DNA of 64,000 nucleotides from Nibricoccus sp. (lineage in GTDB: Bacteria; Verrucomicrobiota; Verrucomicrobiia; Opitutales; Opitutaceae): the NCBI GenBank assembly GCA_047602425.1, contig JASGHG010000001.1, positions 4,736,001-4,800,000 on the forward strand, read 5' to 3'. Below are positions 32,737 through 41,817 of this stretch, in pieces. A model generated the notes under the pieces. The model was not told where the DNA came from. It did no database searches and worked only from the letters and a program-made list of their open reading frames with translations. The translations under genes were made by a program, and so were the position numbers. The first letter of the stretch is position 1. Each line of letters starts with the position of its first letter.

Positions 32737-33828
32737 TTAAAGTTTCGTCGGATCGAGCACCACGTGTTTGATGCGTTTGCGATCCCAGGTGTAAGTGATG
32801 TGGATTTTACCGTCAGCAGCTTGAATCACGGCCGGGTAAGCGTAGCCGGAAGTGCATGGTTCGGTCTCGAGCGTGATAATACGTTTCCACGACAGGCCGT
32901 CGCTGGAGATCGCGACGTCGAGCGGATAACGGTTGCCTTTCGCCTCGTCGATGCGGTGCGCGGAATGATTATAAACAAGCAACTGGCGGCCATCAGCCAA
33001 TGTGACGGCGTCTGTACCTGAATTCGGGTTTGGCAGTTCGGCGGCGGTGAGTGCGGTCCAAGTCTTGCCGCCGTCTTTTGACCAGGTTTGTGCGATTACG
33101 CCTTGCTTGGTGCGGCACACGGCCTGCAGACGCCCGTCCTTATGAAACAGCACGCTGGGCTGGATGGCATCGAACTTCGGTCCTCCCTTGGATACGGGGC
33201 CGATTTTCTCCCAGGTTTTACCCGCGTCGCGTGAGAGCTCGAAATGCACGAGCCAGCCGCCGTCAAATTCGCCCTTGTCCGTTTTTTTCTCCGGATTTCC
33301 CTCGGTGCTCGTGGGAGACAACCACGCGCCATCGGCCAACTCCACGGCCTTGTTTTTGATCGGACCGAGAATACCGTCCGGCAGGCGTGTGGGTTTGCTC
33401 CAGGTTTTACCACCATCGAGCGAAGTCATCATAAGGCCCCACCATTCGCGCGGATTCGGACCGACTTTGTAGAAAAGAACGAGCGGACCATTCTTCGGTT
33501 GGAACAAGACGGGGTTCCAGGTCGGCAAGCGTTTGCCGTCAGGTTGCACGCCATTCGCGACTTCCACGCCCTCGGTCCATTTGCCGTTTTCAAGCCGCGA
33601 AACGTAAATGCAGACATCGGGATTTCGTTCCTTGGTACCGCCGAACCACGCTGCCACCAAGTGGCTATCCGTAGTCTCAGCCATCGTCGAGGCATGACAT
33701 TCTGGATAAGGACCTTTTTCGTAGATAAACTCGGACGACAGAATGGCTGGGTGTTGAGAGGCCGTATCGGCCTTTGCCAGCAAAACGGCGAACAGCAGAA
33801 TAAATGAAATATGACGAAAAACGCTCAT
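32737..33828 (-). CDS. GH33/BNR-repeat sialidase-like hydrolase (candidate Kdo hydrolase)
   Basis: Asp-boxes SLDGGKTW, SRDAGKTW, SKDGGKTW, SSDGLSW. C-terminal 'YAYP'. Signal peptide. Confidence 0.82.
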   Translation of the reverse strand: MSVFRHISFILLFAVLLAKADTASQHPAILSSEFIYEKGPYPECHASTMAETTDSHLVAAWFGGTKERNPDVCIYVSRLENGKWTEGVEVANGVQPDGKRLPTWNPVLFQPKNGPLVLFYKVGPNPREWWGLMMTSLDGGKTWSKPTRLPDGILGPIKNKAVELADGAWLSPTSTEGNPEKKTDKGEFDGGWLVHFELSRDAGKTWEKIGPVSKGGPKFDAIQPSVLFHKDGRLQAVCRTKQGVIAQTWSKDGGKTWTALTAAELPNPNSGTDAVTLADGRQLLVYNHSAHRIDEAKGNRYPLDVAISSDGLSWKRIITLETEPCTSGYAYPAVIQAADGKIHITYTWDRKRIKHVVLDPTKL

Positions 33829-33834
33829 GGAAAA

Positions 33835-35119
33835 TTAGGTGTTGGATGCAGCTACAGAACGACGTGAATGCATAAAAGCAGCAGCTAAAAGAAGCAACGC
33901 ACCAACGATATAAATGGCACCACCAAACGCGATTGCTTCACTCATGTTGTCGACGGCCTTTTCATGACGGCCGTACTTCGTTGCGAGGCCCACAAAGAGC
34001 GGTCCTAGCGCACCGCCACCCCAGCCGATCGTATTCATGATTCCGGACCGCCGTGCCTCGAGCCCTCGGCTCGATTACGTCATAGAGCGAAGCAAAGATT
34101 CCCGAATCGTAAAACCCCTTGCAAACACCAAAGGCGGTCATCGACAGAATCAACGTCAACGTGCTGTTCGTGCTGCCCACCAGGAAAACAAAAATCGCGC
34201 CAAGAACTAAACCGCCCGCCTGCACCAACATGCGTCCTGAAGTAAAACGCTTCCCCATCTTATCCGCCAGCCACCCGGCAAAGGGCACGATCAAAGCACT
34301 GGCCAGATGCACATAAACCGTGCCCGTCAGCCCGGCCGTACCGATTGAGTAATGAAATTTGTCGACGAGAAATTTGGGCGTCCAGGTAAGAAAAATGACA
34401 GCGATAAAGTTCGCACAAAGAAAACCTCCCATGAGAAGCATCGCCGAAGGTGTGCGAAAAATGACTCCGAGCGTGCGCCCGATTGACATTTGTTCTTCCC
34501 GATAGATTCGGTAATCCAACGTCTGTGCGGAACGACCGGAACCTTGCCCACGCTCGGGTTCATGCACGAATTTCACCAAGATGCCTGCAAGTACGACGCC
34601 GATTGGACCGAACCAATAAAATGGAACACGCCAACCTGCCCGCTCAGCCAATTCCGCCGCCATCCAACTGCCAAGGATTGTGCCCGCGTAAACAGACGAC
34701 TGATGCCATGAGAGTGCGCGGGAACGCGTCTCTTTGTCATGATAATCGCTGAGAAGCGACATGGCCGATGGGAAATAAAACGTCTCCCCCAACCCGGTCA
34801 GCGCCCGAACAATAATCAACGAAATGAGTCCATTGCACCAACCCGTGGCCAGGGTGAAAAAACTCCAGGCAACACAAGCGATCACGATCAGCCATTTTCG
34901 TGAGAAACGATCCGCCGCGATGCCGGCAATCGGAGCGCCAGCGGCATAGACCCAGGCAAAGGCCGAACCGATCCAGCCCAACTGAACGTCGTCGAATTTA
35001 AATTCGCGTCCCAGCAACGAGAGCACCGAGCTGATGGCCTGGCGGTCTGCGTAATTGAAAAAGCAGACAAACCAGAGCATACCAACAATCGTCCATTTGT
35101 AGTTCTTGTTCATGAGCAT
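33835..35119 (-). pseudogene. MFS sugar-acid transporter split by a single-base frameshift (pseudogene or sequencing error)
   Basis: 'FNYADRQ', 'ADRFSRK' MFS/ACS motifs. Frame shifts at about 34045 (GTC C GGA ATC ATG). Removing one base gives RARGTAVGIMNTIGWGGGALGP and the last two TM helices. Confidence 0.8.
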
Positions 35120-35139
35120 GCTCTGGTGGTTGCAATGGT

Positions 35140-36084
35140 TCAGGCGCGGGATTTTTTGCGAGCCTTGGGCGCTGCCCCTGGGGCCTCAAGCCCCCACTCG
35201 GCGAATTTTTTCCGCAGGTCGGCCACAACACCAGCGTAGATTTTCCGGGTGGCATCGGAGACGATCATCTTCGGCGTGCCGACCTCGAAGCCGCGAGCTT
35301 CGACGCCCGCGGTGCAATTGATGGTAAAGGTCAATCGATCGACAATCGCTCCGACTTCGCGCATGCGGGTTGCGGTCGGTTCCAGGCGGCCAGGCTGGCT
35401 CTTGCGATAGACATTAAACTGCTCAACCATCAGCTCTGGAACAATGTTAACCAGTCCACCGATGCAACCGGCAGCGCCGAGTTTAAACACCTCGGGCAAG
35501 CGCGTGTCTGCGCCGGAGAAAACCGAGAAGTTTTTTTCGCGACCGAGACGGATCAGCTCGGTGTGGTAGCCGAATTCACCGCCGCTCTGCTTGATCGCCG
35601 CCATCGGGTGGCGATCGGCGAATTTCGCAATCGTGTCGAGCCCGATGCGGTTGCAGGTGAGCTCAGGGAAATTGTAGAGCATGACCGGCAGTTGGGCGGC
35701 TTCAGCGGCATATTCGAAATGCGCCAGTTGATCGGCAGTGGAGCACGGAAAGAAATTTGGCGGCATGATTCCGACGCCCGGCAATTTCAAACGTCGGGCA
35801 AAACGTCCGAGCTCAGCCACCACGCGTGGATTGATGTCGCTAATGTTCGCGATGACCGGAAGCGGCGCGGCGAGTTCAGCCACGGTTTCCAGCACTTCCT
35901 TGCGTTGCTCCACGTTTAAGCGGGGAAACTCCCCGGTGCTGCCCAGCGCGAGAACGCCGTGAATGCCTTTGGAGCGCAGCCAGGTCAAATGCGTGGCGAG
36001 CGCGCGTTTCATGAGCTTGCCGTTTGCATCCGTCGGGATGGTAAGCGCAGCTAAAATTCCCTCAGTAGGAAATGCGTTTTTCAT
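35140..36084 (-). CDS. DHDPS/NAL-family class I aldolase (candidate Kdo aldolase)
   Basis: 'GSTGE', 'LYNFP', Schiff-base Lys in 'IKQS'. Directly upstream of the MFS and GH33-like genes. Confidence 0.85.
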   Translation of the reverse strand: MKNAFPTEGILAALTIPTDANGKLMKRALATHLTWLRSKGIHGVLALGSTGEFPRLNVEQRKEVLETVAELAAPLPVIANISDINPRVVAELGRFARRLKLPGVGIMPPNFFPCSTADQLAHFEYAAEAAQLPVMLYNFPELTCNRIGLDTIAKFADRHPMAAIKQSGGEFGYHTELIRLGREKNFSVFSGADTRLPEVFKLGAAGCIGGLVNIVPELMVEQFNVYRKSQPGRLEPTATRMREVGAIVDRLTFTINCTAGVEARGFEVGTPKMIVSDATRKIYAGVVADLRKKFAEWGLEAPGAAPKARKKSRA

Positions 36085-36094
36085 GGTACAAAGT

Positions 36095-37090
36095 TTACTT
36101 GGTCACTCCCGCGCCGTTTACCGCAGGCGCTTGGTTCTGCAAAAGCCGCTCGATGACTTCCCGCGGCACGGCGATCACGGTACCATGGCGCGCGTCTTTT
36201 GGAAACGTCGTGCGCTCGCTCAGATCGTTCCAGTGCACCAGATCGCGCGAGATGACCACGCCGTATTTGTTTTCGCGGTGTTTGTCGAAATAGACGCGCC
36301 AGTCGTCACCGACTTTGATCGCTGACGGGCCTTCCGCCCAATAGTTGCCGGTGATGGCAGACGAGGCCTCCGAAAAAGGTCCCTCCGGCGTCTGCGCTTT
36401 GATCATCCGAATATTCTTTTCCACCTTGGGCCGGGCGCTCTCGTTTTTCACGAACATCAACCAATGGTCACCGTCCTTCGCCAATGAGGCATCGATCACG
36501 TTGAAGCCACCGTCGTATAACAAGCGGGTTGGCGTGAACGCTTCGAAATCCTTCGTCGTCGTGGCGTAAATGCGGTGGTTTCCTTCCGGGCCTTTGTTGG
36601 AATTCTCCGTTTCGCGAAAACGGCCGAGCACCGTACTCGACCAGAAAATCAAATAGTGCTGCTTGGCTTCATCCCAGACGATTTCTGGCGCCCAACAGTT
36701 TTGCGCCTGCGACTCATGCGCCATGACAGGGATCGCTTTCTGCGCGGACCAATGGATCAAATCCTTCGACGAAGCATAGCCGATGGTTTTGCCTTTCCAC
36801 GATGTCGTCCAAACCAGTCGAAAGATGCCATCCGGTCCACGATAGAGACAGGGATCGCGCATGAGCTTCGATTCGCCCACTTCAGGACGGAGATAGGGCT
36901 TGTCGTTGTTCAGGATTTCCCAGGAAAAACCATCCCTGCTCCAGGCCAGGTGCAGACCGTCACCAGCAGCGTGGTGGTAGAAGTACGTGAACAAGAAGCA
37001 GGTTTCAGGCAACTCCTGCGCCGAACCAGCGCGGGCAGGCAAAACCGCCAGCGCCAGGGTGATCAGAATTGTGGCTGGACGAAACAACAC
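36095..37090 (-). CDS. GH43 alpha-L-arabinofuranosidase-like beta-propeller
   Basis: 'DGLHLAWSRDG', 'MRDP', 'WAPE', 'VIDA', 'AEGP'. GTG start 37090 gives a signal peptide and follows the upstream stop. Confidence 0.82.
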   Translation of the reverse strand: MLFRPATILITLALAVLPARAGSAQELPETCFLFTYFYHHAAGDGLHLAWSRDGFSWEILNNDKPYLRPEVGESKLMRDPCLYRGPDGIFRLVWTTSWKGKTIGYASSKDLIHWSAQKAIPVMAHESQAQNCWAPEIVWDEAKQHYLIFWSSTVLGRFRETENSNKGPEGNHRIYATTTKDFEAFTPTRLLYDGGFNVIDASLAKDGDHWLMFVKNESARPKVEKNIRMIKAQTPEGPFSEASSAITGNYWAEGPSAIKVGDDWRVYFDKHRENKYGVVISRDLVHWNDLSERTTFPKDARHGTVIAVPREVIERLLQNQAPAVNGAGVTK

Positions 37091-37094
37091 GATC

Positions 37095-38768
37095 TCAGTT
37101 TCCTGGAGGCTTGTCGCTGATTTCGCCGGCCACACCGGAAACGCGGCGGATGCGCAGCGCGATATTCGGCTTGCCGGGCAGCGTCACGGAACGGCCCTTT
37201 TCTTCAATGAACGTGTACATGTCCTTCTTTTTCGCGACGAAGACACCTTCGACCGGCGTGATGGTCATGTCCCACGTGTCGATGACTTCAATCTTGAACT
37301 GATTGCCATCGGCAATGCCGTCGCGGTAAAGTTCGAACTTCCACGAGGTCGGTTTCTCGCGGCCGAAATACACCAGATAGTATTCACCGGGTTTTCCGCC
37401 CATGCCGACGGTCCACCACTTGTCGATCGGATCGATGCCGGTCGCCGGACTGTCTTCGAGGATCTTGCGCAGGAACGCGAGGCGTGGCGGGCATTCGCCT
37501 CGCAGCACACCGCCCTGCCCGATCCAGACGAAGGCGTTATCGCCCTTCGGGTCCTTGCCGCTGTATTCGACTTCACGAGCGGGATCGTCTGGCGTGATCA
37601 AATATTCGCTGTGGCCAACGTACGTGCCGGCCACGGTGCCAACCCAAAAACGATGCGTCAGTTCGCGGCCGTCGATCTGCGCCCAGCGCAAGCGGTGGTT
37701 TCCCTCATAAACGATTTCGTCGTATACGATCGGCTTCCGATAAACGTCGCGGTAGAGCAACGCGCGGCCAACTTCCTCGACGGCCGAACCATTCTGCATG
37801 CTCACATGCGTGACCCATGGCTTGTTGTGATCGTAAATCACCTTGCCATTGTGGATCGAGCGAAGGTGGTTGTACGGATCGGATGCCTGCACGACCTGGA
37901 AATTGCGATCCCAGTCGGCCTCGGTCTTGGTCCGAACGTAATCGTACTCGTTGGCCATCGACCACCAGATGTTCCGGTAAGCAGACAGGCGGGCCACAAT
38001 ATAGCGAACGTAGAAATCCTCCACGGCGGGCGGCATTGTATCCAGTTTCCAAATATGGTCGTCGTCGTAGGGATGGAAAAGGAGCAGGTCGCATTCGATG
38101 CCGAGCTCGCGGAGCTGGCTGATGCGCTTTTCAAGGTGTTGGAAAAACTCCGGGTTAAACCGGGTGTAGTCCGGATTGGTTGGTTCGCCCATGAACGGGA
38201 AACGGGTCGGCGGCATCGTTTTCATCCCGTGAGTTTGGGGAAACACGCACATGCGGATCTTGTTGAACGGCGATGCGGCGAGTGTCTTGAGGGTTTGCTC
38301 CTCGACTGCCGCGGGGCGATGAGTCCAAGTGTAGCAGGTTGTCCCTATCTGTTTGTACGGCGTGCCGTCGGCATAGGCGAAATGATAGGTATTGGCCACA
38401 CGAACAGGACCGCGATTGCCCTTGGTCGGGGCGGTCACAGTGAAATCGCCGCGCTGCTGGGTGAGCGGCCAGCGGTTGCTATGCGTGAAGTACGTCCAGT
38501 TGCCAGTCTCCTCGGGCATGAAACGGATGCGGTAAACGCCGTTGCCGTCGTAGAACCCCGGGACGTTGACCATGCGGTGGCCGTTGCTGAATTCGGCGGA
38601 AAGCGTGACGTCGACAAAAGGATTCCCGTCGGTCGGGCCCTTCAGTTCGATCTCAAAGACACCCCATTTCTCAACGGAAGTCGGGGCTGTGGCGCGGGCG
38701 AGGCACAGGTTGGCAACCAATGCCAGGCTCAAAAGCGAAGTACGAAGGATGCTGGTGAACAGGGTCAT
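37095..38768 (-). CDS. DUF5060/DUF4038/DUF5605 apiosidase-like (GH140-related) glycosidase
   Basis: 'GFYDGNGVYRIRFMP', 'HFAYADGT', 'GTTCYTW', 'WWSMANEYD', 'SIHNG', 'YDEIVYEG'. Signal peptide from ATG 38768. Confidence 0.72.
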   Translation of the reverse strand: MTLFTSILRTSLLSLALVANLCLARATAPTSVEKWGVFEIELKGPTDGNPFVDVTLSAEFSNGHRMVNVPGFYDGNGVYRIRFMPEETGNWTYFTHSNRWPLTQQRGDFTVTAPTKGNRGPVRVANTYHFAYADGTPYKQIGTTCYTWTHRPAAVEEQTLKTLAASPFNKIRMCVFPQTHGMKTMPPTRFPFMGEPTNPDYTRFNPEFFQHLEKRISQLRELGIECDLLLFHPYDDDHIWKLDTMPPAVEDFYVRYIVARLSAYRNIWWSMANEYDYVRTKTEADWDRNFQVVQASDPYNHLRSIHNGKVIYDHNKPWVTHVSMQNGSAVEEVGRALLYRDVYRKPIVYDEIVYEGNHRLRWAQIDGRELTHRFWVGTVAGTYVGHSEYLITPDDPAREVEYSGKDPKGDNAFVWIGQGGVLRGECPPRLAFLRKILEDSPATGIDPIDKWWTVGMGGKPGEYYLVYFGREKPTSWKFELYRDGIADGNQFKIEVIDTWDMTITPVEGVFVAKKKDMYTFIEEKGRSVTLPGKPNIALRIRRVSGVAGEISDKPPGN

Positions 38769-38776
38769 GATGAAAT

Positions 38777-41700
38777 TCAAGGGATAGGCGTGATCCAAAA
38801 TGCGGCCGGGTGTTTATTGCCGGTGATTTCTATTTGACCGGCAGTCGTGCGTTCGGAGGCAACTGCACCGGTTTTCAAATCGATTTCGCGAATGGCGACC
38901 GAACCTTTAACCGAACGCAAATCGAGCTTAACCGAACCTTCGCCAAAGGTATAAATAAACGATTGGCTTTCATCGCCGGAAAGTTGGCGCCAGTTTTTTT
39001 GCCGCGTTTCAACGGGTTTCATTTTTGCCAATGCCGTGAGCAGCCGCGGATCGGTGGTACGAGGCAGTTTGGCGAACGAACCACCCGCTGCGACAAAAGC
39101 CCAGCCATCGGCTTCGTCCAATCCGCTGATAATCGCTTTTTCGGGGAAACGGATGCGATATTCCGCAACCATATCGGCGATTGTCGCAGGGTTTGGACGG
39201 CCTTTTTTCCAAAGTCGCTCATGCTGGCGAGGGGCAAGATCCGTCCCGCCCGAAGGGGCAAATTCGGCGCCTTTTTCGGTGCGGAACCAATATTTCAAAT
39301 CGATCACGTCGATCACCGAGGCACGGCGGGCATCGGCCAGGACTGCATCCTGAACGTCCTTGCAAGCGCTGAGTGCAATCAGGGGATGTTTGCCCGTTTC
39401 CTGCTCCCACTCGGCGACGACATCCAGCCAGAACTGCATGAAATGCAACGGCCCCGAATTCTCAGCGCTCAGGTGGTGGATAACGTTGGGTTCGTCCGAC
39501 AGGGCTTCGAGGCAGTGACGGATATAGCGCCGATGCAAGTCCCGACGGAGAGGGTTTGAAAGATCGTAAAACTCCGCCGCCATTTTGACGGTGTCGCCGT
39601 CGAAAGGCGGAGGTTCCGTGAAACCTGTCGGTTGCAGACAGTTCGTTGGACGCCAGGGGAAATCGACCCAGTGCGCGCCCGCCTCCAGAATGTTGTGCTG
39701 AAAATACATCGCGTTGATCAAAACCAAACCCTTGCGCCGACCGAGCGCGGCAAACTCGCGAAGTCGGCCGAAATACCAGGGATTGTATTTCGTCAGATCG
39801 TATTTGCTCAATCCGTCAAAGGCCCTCCCCTGCCCGCTGCGGGCAAAGGGTTGTTCAAAAAACGGAGGCCAGACATCCGCATCCGGTCTGCGGATACGCT
39901 CGTGATCCATGCGACGCCGTTCGTACCAAAGTCCGTAGTGTTGTCTCACCGCCACTTGCCCGGCGTTCAGTTTATCGTCGGGCGACCGGGCCGTGAGCAT
40001 ATTATCCGTCATCTCGTCGAGGTCGTCGGTGTATTCAGGTCCGATCAAGCCGGGGGCGAAACGGGTAATGCTCGGCTTGGTATCCTCGCGACCGCTTACA
40101 AGGTAGCCCCGCCACCACGCGACATCCGCTTGCCGACCGGTGAGCAGAGCGCCATTCGCGGTAAGCCAACCATTCCTCAGCGCCAACGGTTTGTCGTTTT
40201 TTGGTTTCTGCACGGCGGCTAGAAGCTCGTCCTCAATTGTTTTCCGAGTCGCAGCCTGAAGCGCATCGTCATTAAAAGTTGGATACGTGCGTGGCGCCAG
40301 CGCCGCGATCCCCTTCGCGCCCCGACGCTCCTCGAGTTGCGCGCGATACAAGCTATCGGGTTTAACAAACTCATTGACCATACTCCAACGCCCATCGCCA
40401 ACAAATTGACCCCAGACGCCGTCAGCCCAATTTTGCGCCGTGGGCGGTTTCCGGCAGACAACGACCGAAGCCGAACATTGCCAGAGCATCGAATTCGCTG
40501 CGGCCCAACCCACGCCCTGGTTCCACGTCTCGCGGTTATCCAGCGCGAGCGTGCCGCCATCGATCGACACATTGTCGAACAAACTGCCAGAGGCCCAACT
40601 TCCGACGGAACCGCTGGCGCCATGGGTGTCGATGGCAATGCATTCTAGAAACACGTTTGGACCGGCGGCCAGATTGCCGGTGCAGAAATCCGCGCGTCCT
40701 TCCTGACTGCGACAGCGCAAAAATAAAGTTTGCTGACCTGCCGTGGTGAATGTGTGGCGCCTGTATCCGCCGAGTTCCGACACGGGAGCGAGCGATTCGC
40801 AATCCTGCACGGTCACCCGGCTCGCTCCTGAGCCGAGATTGATGACCGAACCGGCAAAATGGAGGGCGGTGATATTCGCGGCCCAAGCATCGCGAACGTG
40901 GTCAAACGCAACCGCCTCCCATGCGTGCTGTTCGTCGAGCGGGTTGGCTGGATCAAACGTCGACTCGCAGCGCACATTTTCGACTCCGATCTTCGTGAGT
41001 CGTCCGGGCCAGGAAAACAAGCTGACAGTGCCGCCACCGTACTTCTCGTCGAGCGCGGTCGTAAGTGGGGCCTCGAGCGTGACCGCCCCGGCTTTTACCG
41101 AAACAATCGTTCGTTCCCAAACGATCGTCATCGCTTGGGGTTTCCAGGCGAATTGCTGGCGGCCGGGCGATATATGCATACCCAAGGCCTTGATCCATTC
41201 CGCCGTCGCCGGACGCGATATAAGGACCGTATCGCCACTCTTTAGATTCTGCTGATTTTTCACATGGATCTCAACCGAACCAACGGAAACTTTTTTATCG
41301 TCCACCGCGACTGACGGCCTGATAACAAGGTCGTTTTTCCCTCGCACCAAAATCAATGCTCGGCGATCCGTGCCCGTTGCGACAAGCACCGTGCCGTCGG
41401 CTCCCTGGCCTTCGCCCCGAAGCACGACGCCGCTGGCCTTGATGCGCAGCTGGCCTTCGATTTCGTAGCGGCCCTTCTTGAGCAAAACCGCGCCGCGGAA
41501 ACCAGTTTCATCGATTGGCAAACCTGCGAGGCGATCCAAAGCAGCTTGAATGCGCGCGGTATTGTCGCCCACTTCGGGCGCCAAAATGAACTTCACCGGC
41601 ACGATCGGCAACGCCACGCCGCCACCCGCATAGCCCGCGTGGGAAAAATCCGGCACCAGGGAGCCTTCGTCGTCGGCGCTGTATTTTAGTTTCCCGCTGT

Positions 41701-41812
41701 CTTTGTCGTGCGAAATGAGCGGAGGCAGCTGCTCCGCGTGTAACGAAACAATAGCTAGCGCCAGAGCGGCGAAAAGGAGTCTAAGGGGGAGTTTTTTGCG
41801 CGTAACCTTCAT
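38777..41812 (-). CDS. Secreted pectin-lyase-fold (beta-helix) protein with C-terminal DUF6298-like domain
   Basis: 'PDFSHAGYAGG', 'DNTARIQAALD', 'SGVVLRGEG' beta-helix start. C-terminal 'KYDLTKYNPWYFGRL'. Start 41812 (ATG) or 41818 (GTG). Confidence 0.7.
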   Translation of the reverse strand: MKVTRKKLPLRLLFAALALAIVSLHAEQLPPLISHDKDSGKLKYSADDEGSLVPDFSHAGYAGGGVALPIVPVKFILAPEVGDNTARIQAALDRLAGLPIDETGFRGAVLLKKGRYEIEGQLRIKASGVVLRGEGQGADGTVLVATGTDRRALILVRGKNDLVIRPSVAVDDKKVSVGSVEIHVKNQQNLKSGDTVLISRPATAEWIKALGMHISPGRQQFAWKPQAMTIVWERTIVSVKAGAVTLEAPLTTALDEKYGGGTVSLFSWPGRLTKIGVENVRCESTFDPANPLDEQHAWEAVAFDHVRDAWAANITALHFAGSVINLGSGASRVTVQDCESLAPVSELGGYRRHTFTTAGQQTLFLRCRSQEGRADFCTGNLAAGPNVFLECIAIDTHGASGSVGSWASGSLFDNVSIDGGTLALDNRETWNQGVGWAAANSMLWQCSASVVVCRKPPTAQNWADGVWGQFVGDGRWSMVNEFVKPDSLYRAQLEERRGAKGIAALAPRTYPTFNDDALQAATRKTIEDELLAAVQKPKNDKPLALRNGWLTANGALLTGRQADVAWWRGYLVSGREDTKPSITRFAPGLIGPEYTDDLDEMTDNMLTARSPDDKLNAGQVAVRQHYGLWYERRRMDHERIRRPDADVWPPFFEQPFARSGQGRAFDGLSKYDLTKYNPWYFGRLREFAALGRRKGLVLINAMYFQHNILEAGAHWVDFPWRPTNCLQPTGFTEPPPFDGDTVKMAAEFYDLSNPLRRDLHRRYIRHCLEALSDEPNVIHHLSAENSGPLHFMQFWLDVVAEWEQETGKHPLIALSACKDVQDAVLADARRASVIDVIDLKYWFRTEKGAEFAPSGGTDLAPRQHERLWKKGRPNPATIADMVAEYRIRFPEKAIISGLDEADGWAFVAAGGSFAKLPRTTDPRLLTALAKMKPVETRQKNWRQLSGDESQSFIYTFGEGSVKLDLRSVKGSVAIREIDLKTGAVASERTTAGQIEITGNKHPAAFWITPIP

Positions 41813-41817
41813 GAGCA

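Noticed and set aside
36987..38837. 616-aa plus-strand ORF
   Set aside because: It is the antisense shadow of the DUF4038 gene, with no recognisable motifs. Long shadow ORFs are expected at high GC, and the same applies to the many other overlapping ORFs in the track.
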